From Balanoglossus misakiensis (Eukaryota > Animalia > Hemichordata): DNA of 64,000 nt. Both the position numbers and the translations under genes were made by a program. This document shows positions 26,807 through 37,490 of the stretch, piece by piece. The stretch covers positions 11,164,276 to 11,228,275 of the forward strand of contig CM082594.2 of NCBI GenBank assembly GCA_040954595.2, in the 5' to 3' direction. A model generated the notes under the pieces. The model was not told where the DNA came from and did no database searches. It saw only the letters and a program-made list of their open reading frames with translations. Position 1 is the stretch's first letter; the number at the start of each line of letters is the position of its first letter.

Positions 26807-29800
26807 CTTTTTGAATTTTCAAAATTTGGTCATTTTTTGAAAAAACCATGGGTTATAGCTCAGGAAAACCTTCAAAAATCGACGATTTTTCGACTTTGCG
26901 AATTTTCAAAATTTGGTCATTTTTTGAAAAAACCATGGGTTATAGCTCAGGAAAATCGCCAAAAATCGACGATTTTTCGACTTTGCGAATTTTCAAAATT
27001 TGGTCATTTTTTGAAAAAACCATGGGTTATAGCTCAGGAAAATCGCGAAAAATCGACGATTTTTCGACTTTGCGAATATTCAAAATTTGGTCATTTTTTG
27101 AAAAAACCATGGGTTATAGCTCAGGAAAATCGCGAAAAATCGACGATTTTTCGACTTTGCGAATTTTCAAAATTTGGTCATTTTTTGAAAAAACCATGGG
27201 TTATAGCTCAGGAAAATCGCGAAAAATCGACGATTTTTCGACTTTGCGAATTTTGAAAATTTGGTCATTTTTTGAAAAAACCATGGGTTATAGCTCAGGA
27301 AAATCGCGAAAAATCGACGATTTTTCGACTTTGCGAATTTTGAAAATTTGGTCATTTTTTGAAAAAACCATGGGTTATAGCTCAGGAAAATCGCGAAAAA
27401 TCGACGATTTTTCGACTTTGCGAATTTTCAAAATTTGGTCATTTTTTGAAAAAACCATGGGTTATAGCTCAGGAAAATCGCGAAAAATCGACGATTTTTC
27501 GACTTTGCGAATTTTCAAAATTTGGTCATTTTTTGAAAAAACCATGGGTTATAGCTCAGGAAAATCGCGAAAAATCGACGATTTTTCGACTTTGCGAATT
27601 TTCAAAATTTGGTCATTTTTTGAAAAAACCATGGGTTATAGCTCAGGAAAATCGCGAAAAATCGACGATTTTTCGACTTTGCGAATTTTCAAAATTTGGT
27701 CATTTTTTGAAAAAACCATGGGTTATAGCTCAGGAAAATCGCGAAAAATCGACGATTTTTCGACTTTGCGAATTTTCAAAATTTGGTCATTTTTTGAAAA
27801 AACCATGGGTTATAGCTCAGGAAAATCGCGAAAAATCGACGATTTTTCGACTTTGCGAATTTTCAAAATTTGGTCATTTTTTGAAAAAACCATGGGTTAT
27901 AGCTCAGGAAAATCGCGAAAAATCGACGATTTTTCGACTTTGCGAATTTTCAAAATTTGGTCATTTTTTGAAAAAACCATGGGTTATAGCTCAGGAAAAT
28001 CGCGAAAAATCGACGATTTTTCGACTTTGCGAATTTTCAAAATTTGGTCATTTTTTGAAAAAACCATGGGTTATAGCTCAGGAAAATCGCGAAAAATCGA
28101 CGATTTTTCGACTTTGCGAATTTTCAAAATTTGGTCATTTTTTGAAAAAACCATGGGTTATAGCTCAGGAAAATCGCGAAAAATCGACGATTTTTCGACT
28201 TTGCGAATTTTCAAAATTTGGTCATTTTTTGAAAAAACCATGGGTTATAGCTCAGGAAAATCGCGAAAAATCGACGATTTTTCGACTTTGCGAATTTTCA
28301 AAATTTGGTCATTTTTTGAAAAAACCATGGGTTATAGCTCAGGAAAATCGCGAAAAATCGACGATTTTTCGACTTTGCGAATTTTCAAAATTTGGTCATT
28401 TTTTGAAAAAACCATGGGTTATAGCTCAGGAAAATCGCGAAAAATCGACGATTTTTCGACTTTGCGAATTTTCAAAATTTGGTCATTTTTTGAAAAAACC
28501 ATGGGTTATAGCTCAGGAAAATCGCGAAAAATCGACGATTTTTCGACTTTGCGAATTTTCAAAATTTGGTCATTTTTTGAGAAAACCATGGGTTATAGCT
28601 CAGGAAAATCGCGAAAAATCGACGATTTTTCGACTTTGCGAATTTTCAAAATTTGGTCATTTTTTGAAAAAACCATGGGTTATAGCTCAGGAAAATCGCG
28701 AAAAATCGACGATTTTTCGACTTTGCGAATTTTCAAAATTTGGTCATTTTTTGAAAAAACCATGGGTTATAGCTCAGGAAAATCGCGAAAAATCGACGAT
28801 TTTTCGACTTTGCGAATTTTCAAAATTTGGTCATTTTTGGAAAAAACCATGGGTTATAGCTCAGGAAAATCGCGAAAAATCGACGATTTTTCGACTTTGC
28901 GAATTTTCAAAATTTGGTCATTTTTGGAAAAAACCATGGGTTATAGCTCAGGAAAATCGCGAAAAATCGACGATTTTTCGACTTTGCGAATTTTCAAAAT
29001 TTGGTCATTTTTTGAGAAAACCATGTATAGCTCAGGAAAATCGCGAAAAATCGACGATTTTTCGACTTTGCGAATTTTCAAAATTTGGTCATTTTTTGAG
29101 AAAACCATGGGTTATAGCTCAGGAAAATCGCGAAAAATCGACGATTTTTCGACTTTGCGAATTTTCAAAATTTGGTCATTTTTTGAGAAAACCATGGGTT
29201 ATAGCTCAGGAAAATCGCGAAAAATCGACGATTTTTCGACTTTGCGAATTTTCAAAATTTGGTCATTTTTTGAGAAAACCATGGGTTATAGCTCAGGAAA
29301 ATCGCGAAAAATCGACGATTTTTCGACTTTGCGAATTTTCAAAATTTGGTCATTTTTTGAGAAAACCATGGGTTATAGCTCAGGAAAATCGCGAAAAATC
29401 GACGATTTTTCGACTTTGCGAATTTTCAAAATTTGGTCATTTTTTGAGAAAACCATGGGTTATAGCTCAGGAAAATCGCGAAAAATCGACGATTTTTCGA
29501 CTTTGCGAATTTTCAAAATTTGGTCATTTTTTGAAAAAACCATGGGTTATAGCTCAGGAAAATCGCGAAAAATCGACGATTTTTCGACTTTGCGAATTTT
29601 CAAAATTTTGGTCATTTTTTGAAAAAACCATGGGTTATAGCTCAGGAAAATCGTGAAAAATCGACGATTTTTCGACTTTGCGAATTTTCAAAATTTCGTC
29701 ATTTTTTGAAAAAACCATGGGTTATAGCTCAGGAAAATCGCGAAAAATCGACGATTTTTCGACTTTGCGAATTTTCAAAATTTGGTCATTTTTTGAAAAA

Positions 29801-32800
29801 ACCATGGGTTATAGCTCAGGAAAATCGCGAAAAATCGACGATTTTTCGACTTTGCGAATTTTCAAAATTTGGTCATTTTTTGAAAAAACCATGGGTTATA
29901 GCTCAGGAAAATCGCGAAAAATCGACGATTTTTCGACTTTGCGAATTTTCAAAATTTTGGTCATTTTTTGAAAAAACCATGGGTTATAGCTCAGGAAAAT
30001 CGCGAAAAATCGACGATTTTTCGACTTTGCGAATTTTCAAAATTTGGTCATTTTTTGAAAAAACCATGGGTTATAGCTCAGGAAAATCGCGAAAAATCGA
30101 CGATTTTTCGACTTTGCGAATTTTGAAAATTTGGTCATTTTTTGAAAAAACCATGGGTTATAGCTCAGGAAAATCGCGAAAAATCGACGATTTTTCGACT
30201 TTGCGAATTTTGAAAATTTGGTCATTTTTTGAAAAAACCATGGGTTATAGCTCAGGAAAATCGCGAAAAATCGACGATTTTTCGACTTTGCGAATTTTCA
30301 AAATTTGGTCATTTTTTGAAAAAACCATGGGTTATAGCTCAGGAAAATCGCGAAAAATCGACGATTTTTCGACATTGCGAATTTTCAAAATTTGGTCATT
30401 TTTTGAAAAAACCATGGGTTATAGCTCAGGAAAATCGCGAAAAATCGACGATTTTTCGACTTTGCGAATTTTGAAAATTTGGTCATTTTTTGAAAAAACC
30501 ATGGGTTATAGCTCAGGAAAATCGCGAAAAATCGACGATTTTTCGACTTTGCGAATTTTCAAAATTTGGTCATTTTTTGAAAAAACCATGGGTTATAGCT
30601 CAGGAAAATCGCGAAAAATCGACGATTTTTCGACTTTGCGAATTTTCAAAATTTGGTCATTTTTTGAAAAAACCATGGGTTATAGCTCAGGAAAATCGCG
30701 AAAAATCGACGATTTTTCGACTTTGCGAATTTTCAAAATTTGGTCATTTTTTGAAAAAACCATGGGTTATAGCTCAGGAAAATCGCGAAAAATCGACGAT
30801 TTTTCGACTTTGCGAATATTCAAAATTTGGTCATTTTTTGAAAAAAACATGGGTTATAGCTCAGGAAAATCGCGAAAAATCGACGATTTTTCGACTTTGC
30901 GAATTTTCAAAATTTGGTCATTTTTTGAAAAAACCATGGGTTATAGCTCAGGAAAATCGCGAAAAATCGACGATTTTTCGACTTTGCGAATTTTCAAAAT
31001 TTGGTCATTTTTTGAAAAAACCATGGGTTATAGCTCAGGAAAATCGCGAAAAATCGACGATTTTTCGACTTTGCGAATTTTGAAAATTTGGTCATTTTTT
31101 GAAAAAACCATGGGTTATAGCTCAGGAAAATCGTGAAAAATCGACGATTTTTCGACTTTGCGAATTTTGAAAATTTGGTCATTTTTTGAAAAAACCATGG
31201 GTTATAGCTCAGGAAAATCGTGAAAAATCGACGATTTTTCGACTTTGCGAATTTTGAAAATTTGGTCATTTTTTGAAAAAACCATGGGTTATAGCTCAGG
31301 AAAATCGTGAAAAATCGACGATTTTTCGACTTTGCGAATTTTGAAAATTTGGTCATTTTTTGAAAAAACCATGGGTTATAGCTCAGGAAAATCGCGAAAA
31401 ATCGACGATTTTTCGACTTTGCGAATTTTGAAAATTTGGTCATTTTTTGAAAAAACCATGGGTTATAGCTCAGGTAAATCGCGAAAAATCGACGATTTTT
31501 CGACTTTGCGAATTTTGAAAATTTGGTCATTTTTTGAAAAAACCATGGGTTATAGCTCAGGAAAATCGCGAAAAATCGACGATTTTTCGACTTTGCGAAT
31601 TTTGAAAATTTGGTCATTTTTTGAAAAAACAATGGGTTATAGCTCAGGAAAATCGCGAAAAATCGACGATTTTTCGACTTTGCGAATTTTCAAAATTTGG
31701 TCATTTTTTGAAAAAACCATGGGTTATAGCTCAGGAAAATCGCGAAAAATCGACGATTTTTCGACTTTGCGAATTTTGAAAATTTGGTCATTTTTTGAAA
31801 AAACCATGGGTTATAGCTCAGGAAAATCGCGAAAAATCGACGATTTTTCGACTTTGCGAATTTTCAAAATTTGGTCATTTTTTGAAAAAAACATGGGTTA
31901 TAGCTCAGGAAAATCGCGAAAAATCGACGATTTTTCGACTTTGCGAATTTTCAAAATTTGGTCATTTTTTGAAAAAACCATGGGTTATAGCTCAGGAAAA
32001 TCGCGAAAAATCGACGATTTTTCGACTTTGCGAATTTTCAAAATTTGGTCATTTTTTGAAAAAACCATGGGTTATAGCTCAGGAAAATCGCGAAAAATCG
32101 ACGATTTTTCGACTTTGCGAATTTTCAAAATTTGGTCATTTTTTGAAAAAACCATGGGTTATAGCTCAGGAAAATCGCGAAAAATCGACGATTTTTCGAC
32201 TTTGCGAATTTTCAAAATTTGGTCATTTTTTGAAAAAACCATGGGTTATAGCTCAGGAAAATCGCGAAAAATCGACGATTTTTCGACTTTGCGAATTTTC
32301 AAAATTTGGTCATTTTTTGAAAAAACCATGGGTTATAGCTCAGGAAAATCGCGAAAAATCGACGATTTTTCGACTTTGCGAATTTTCAAAATTTGGTCAT
32401 TTTTTGAAAAAACCATGGGTTATAGCTCAGGAAAATCGCGAAAAATCGACGATTTTTCGACTTTGCGAATTTTGAAAATTTGGTCATTTTTTGATAAAAC
32501 CATGGGTTATAGCTCAGGAAAATCGCGAAAAATCGACGATTTTTCGACTTTGCGAATTTTCAAAATTTGGTCATTTTTTGAAAAAACCATGGGTTATAGC
32601 TCAGGAAAATCGCGAAAAATCGACGATTTTTCGACTTTGCGAATTTTCAAAATTTGGTCATTTTTTGAAAAAACCATGGGTTATAGCTCAGGAAAATCGC
32701 GAAAAATCGACGATTTTTCGACTTTGCGAATTTTCAAAATTTGGTCATTTTTTGAGAAAACCATGGGTTATAGCTCAGGAAAATCGCGAAAAATCGACGA

Positions 32801-35080
32801 TTTTTCGACTTTGCGAATTTTCAAAATTTGGTCATTTTTTGAGAAAACCATGGGTTATAGCTCAGGAAAATCGCGAAAAATCGACGATTTTTCGACTTTG
32901 CGAATTTTCAAAATTTGGTCATTTTTTGAAAAAACCATGGGTTATAGCTCAGGAAAATCGCGAAAAATCGACGATTTTTCGACTTTGCGAATTTTCAAAA
33001 TTTTGGTCATTTTTTGAAAAAACCATGGGTTATAGCTCAGGAAAATCGTGAAAAATCGACGATTTTTCGACTTTGCGAATATTCAAAATTTGGTCATTTT
33101 TTGAAAAAACCAAGCTCAGGAAAATCGCGAAAAATCGACGATTTTTCGACTTTGCGAATTTTCAAAATTTGGTCATTTTTTGAAAAAACCATGGGTTATA
33201 GCTCAGGAAAATCGCGAAAAATCGACGATTTTTCGACTTTGCGAATTGTGAAAATTTGGTCATTTTTTGAAAAAACCATGGGTTATAGCTCAGGAAAATC
33301 GCGAAAAATCGACGATTTTTCGACTTTGCGAATTTTCAAAATTTGGTCATTTTTTGAAAAAACCATGGGTTATAGCTCAGGAAAATCGCGAAAAATCGAC
33401 GATTTTTCGACTTTGCGAATTTTGAAAATTTGGTCATTTTTTGAAAAAACCATGGGTTATAGCTCAGGAAAATCGCGAAAAATCGACGATTTTTCGACTT
33501 TGCGAATTTTGAAAATTTGGTCATTTTTTGAAAAAACCATGGGTTATAGCTCAGGAAAATCGCGAAAAATCGACGATTTTTCGACTTTGCGAATTTTCAA
33601 AATTTGGTCATTTTTTGAAAAAACCATGGGTTATAGCTCAGGAAAATCGCGAAAAATCGACGATTTTTCGACTTTGCGAATTTTCAAAATTTGGTCATTT
33701 TTTGAAAAAACCATGGGTTATAGCTCAGGAAAATCGCGAAAAATCGACGATTTTTCGACTTTGCGAATTTTCAAAATTTGGTCATTTTTTGAAAAAACCA
33801 TGGGTTATAGCTCAGGAAAATCGCGAAAAATCGACGATTTTTCGACTTTGCGAATTTTCAAAATTTGGTCATTTTTTGAAAAAACCATGGGTTATAGCTC
33901 AGGAAAATCGCGAAAAATCGACGATTTTTCGACTTTGCGAATTTTCAAAATTTGGTCATTTTTTGAAAAAACCATGGGTTATAGCTCAGGAAAATCGCGA
34001 AAAATCGACGATTTTTCGACTTTGCGAATTTTGAAAATTTGGTCATTTTTTGAAAAAACCATGGGTTATAGCTCAGGAAAATCGCGAAAAATTGACGATT
34101 TTTCGACTTTGCGAATTTTGAAAATTTGGTCATTTTTTGAAAAAACCATGGGTTATAGCTCAGGAAAATCGCGAAAAATCGACGATTTTTCGACTTTGCG
34201 AATTTTCAAAATTTGGTCATTTTTTGAAAAAACCATGGGTTATAGCTCAGGAAAATCGCGAAAAATCGACGATTTTTCGACTTTGCGAATTTTCAAAATT
34301 TGGTCATTTTTTGAAAAAACCATGGGTTATAGCTCAGGAAAATCGCGAAAAATCGACGATTTTTCGACTTTGCGAATTTTCAAAATTTGGTCATTTTTTG
34401 AAAAAACCATGGGTTATAGCTCAGGAAAATCGCGAAAAATCGACGATTTTTCGACTTTGCGAATTTTGAAAATTTGGTCATTTTTTGAAAAAACCATGGG
34501 TTATAGCTCAGGAAAATCGCGAAAAATCGACGATTTTTTGACTTTGCGAATTTTCAAAATTTGGTTATTTTTTAAAAAACCATGGGTTATAGCTCAGGAA
34601 AATCGCGAAAAATCGACGATTTTTCGACTTTGCGAATTTTCAAAATTTGGTCATTTTTTGAAAAAACCATGGGTTATAGCTCAGGAAAATCGCGAAAAAT
34701 CGACGATTTTTCGACTTTGCGAATTTTCAAAATTTGGTCATTTTTTGAAAAAACCATGGGTTATAGCTCAGGAAAATCGCGAAAAATCGACGATTTTTCG
34801 ACTTTGCGAATTTTCAAAATTTGGTCATTTTTTGAAAAAACCATGGGTTATAGCTCAGGAAAATCGCGAAAAATCGACGATTTTTCGACTTTGCGAATTT
34901 TCAAAATTTGGTCATTTTTTGAAAAAACCATGGGTTATAGCTCAGGAAAATCGCGAAAAATCGACGATTTTTCGACTTTGCGAATTTTCAAAATTTGGTC
35001 ATTTTTTGAAAAAACCATGGGTTATAGCTCAGGAAAATCGCGAAAAATCGACGATTTTTCGACTTTGCGAATTTTCAAAA
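26807..35080. repeat. Satellite array, variant B (87-bp monomer, ~95 copies)
   Basis: Monomer AAAACCATGGGTTATAGCTCAGGAAAATCGCGAAAAATCGACGATTTTTCGACTTTGCGAATTTTCAAAATTTGGTCATTTTTTGAA. The period is 87 = 29 codons, seen as the 29-aa repeat in the ORF track. Confidence 0.98.
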
Positions 35081-35298
35081 ATTCTTCAAATCTTGATAAA
35101 AACTATGGGTTATAGCTCAGGAAAACCTTCAAAAATCGACGATTTTTCGACTTTGCGAATTTTCAAAATTTCTTCAAATCTTTATAAAAACCATGGGTTA
35201 TAGCTCAGGAAAACCTTCAAAAATCGACGATTTTTCGACTTTGCGAATTTTCAAAATTTCTTCAAATCTTGATAAAAACCATGGGTTATAGCTCAGGA
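35081..35298. repeat. Terminal A-like hybrid satellite units (~2.5 copies)
   Basis: The A-type CCTTC and TTCTTCAAATCTTGATA blocks return, but the units carry the B-type CGACTTTG allele. Confidence 0.9.
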
Positions 35299-35328
35299 GA
35301 ACATTTTTTGGACCCAAATGAAAAATGT

Positions 35329-35491
35329 CCAAAACTGATAAAATCACCAACATTCGCAAAGACGGAAATTTGTAGTTTTTGATCATTTTCATGAGCTTAT
35401 AACCCATGAAATGTGTCGAAAACTGACAAAATCACCAACATTCGCAACGTCGGAAAATTGTCAGATTTTGATCATTTTCATGAGCTATAAC
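35329..35491 (-). repeat. Two diverged inverted copies of the satellite monomer
   Basis: ATTCGCAA...TTTTCATGAGC(T)TATAACCCATG matches the reverse complement of the monomer (ATTCGCAAAGTCGAAAAATCGTCGATTTTT...TTTTCCTGAGCTATAACCCATG). ATTCGCAA recurs at 35352 and 35440, a period of 88. Confidence 0.85.
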
Positions 35492-36159
35492 TTTTGTTTT
35501 TTTGAACCTAAAAAAAAAATACACTCTTTATGTGATAATATGGGTACATTTTCCCATTTATTGACGAATTTTAATTTGTGAAGCCAATATTAGGACTCAC
35601 CTTAATACAGAGACATTCAAATTACAAAGTGTTTTCTTAATACATTTTTAAAGTGGGGAAAAACAAACATCAATAATGACAGACAGACATACAAACAGTT
35701 GAAATACAAATATTTTAACATAAACTCTGGTGGTATTTTATTTAAAACTGTGTTCAATTTGAGAAAAACTAAAACGCTACTTTGTCACTGATGGCGCTGT
35801 ATGACATAGGAATGTACCAATGCACTGTCGTATTCTCATGCCCATTTATGCCGAGATATAATATATGATTATTATTAATAATATTATTATATATATTATA
35901 AAATGATTGTGATATTCTTGACTTTTTAAAATTGTTACAAAACATCACATCATAAAATACTATCACATGATACAATAATAAAACAAAAATTAAACCACAT
36001 CACACCATTACACACAACACAATACATAACTTTTATACAGCCAATCTGTAAACAAATTTACAATCAACTCTATAATATGAAAATGCTATTTCAAACGATG
36101 ATCATTCCATCAGAACAAAGCTTCCCTTAAAATGCTGATTATTATTTATTTAATTGAAT

Positions 36160-37402
36160 TCAGCCCTTCCGGCAACATAGCTTGCCGATGAATTCTATGA
36201 ACTCGAAGAGGGAAATGACAGAAGCTCCTATGTAGAGTCCCATTAGACCACCTAGGTTACTCAATAAGGCTATTCTCTGCAAAAAAAAAAACAGATAAAA
36301 AAATTGGTGAGAATAAGGCTTGAATGAGTAAGACTCAATGCCTCCCTCTCACATTAAAGGTTGACGACCATTTTATGCCCATGTGCGTAATTTTGTGTGT
36401 ATAAACATTACATCCACTCCAAATGTTTTGGAAATTTTGCATTCGGCACATTCAAATAGTGGACTGCCTTTGCTTCCTTCATTTCGTGTCCACCATATAA
36501 GCAGACTTTAGTTTTGTCCCTTCTTTTCACCCAATTTGCCTTCTTGCCTATGTGACAGATTTATATAGCAAACACTTACGTCAAATGCAGGTTTTTCATT
36601 GATGCTCTCGAAGTTCAATTCGGAAAAGAAGATTTTCAACTGAAGGAGGTTCCTCCTGCGAGCAGAAATACAAGGTAGATTAATATTTGTTAGTAGAAAC
36701 GGATCTCAGTTCTATGTGAGGTTCATATAGAAATTGTAATCAGTTATTAATACCTTGAATCTTCAGCTGAAAGCAATTTTTCGCTGATCTTCTCGCTCTG
36801 TTTGCTGAGACGTGTGTACAGTTTCAATTCATAGGAGTCTGCAGGCCATACAGACATTGACACCATTTCCTTGAAGGATCTCCCGCTGGAAGTGAAATGT
36901 AGCACATTATTATTGTATGAAATTCACGCTCAGTGTAAATCATGCGAGACTACAGTTTTCTCTAAAAATTCACAGAGTAATAAGTCTTGGTGACATCTCT
37001 GAAAGTTATGTCTCATATTTTATGCACTTTTTATTTTTTGCTATGCGCTGTTCATGTGATAAAACCCCACGGCCAATATTGAAGTTACTTACTTGCAGGG
37101 TTGGTGACATTGACTTCTGCAGTTTAACTTGCCTGTTTGGTAATCCTCATGAATTCTATTTTGGCACTCTACTGTGAGAATTAAACCAACAGACAGCTGC
37201 ATTAAAAGTAGTGGACTACTTAGATGTAGCATGACGGTTATCACATTTCTTTGCCTTACAGGTAGAATCTAGAGATAACAGTGTTGAAAAATAAGACATG
37301 TATATACACATACACCGGGCACCTACATATGCATAAACATGCATGCATGCACACAGTCCACACACACACACACACACAAACACACACAGACACAGACACA
37401 CA

Positions 37403-37490
<88 letters not shown>

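Noticed and set aside
26837-35203. Very long ORFs (up to 924 aa) of 29-aa repeats such as MGYSSGKSRKIDDFSTLRIFKIWSFFEKT
   Set aside because: They follow from an 87-bp (3n) monomer lacking stops in two frames. Both frames are open, indels switch frames freely, the 88-bp variant breaks them, and there is no codon-position bias or splice context.
19683-35298. CRISPR-like appearance (palindromic repeats at regular spacing)
   Set aside because: There are no unique spacers (whole units are identical), no cas genes, and the context is eukaryotic with spliceosomal introns.
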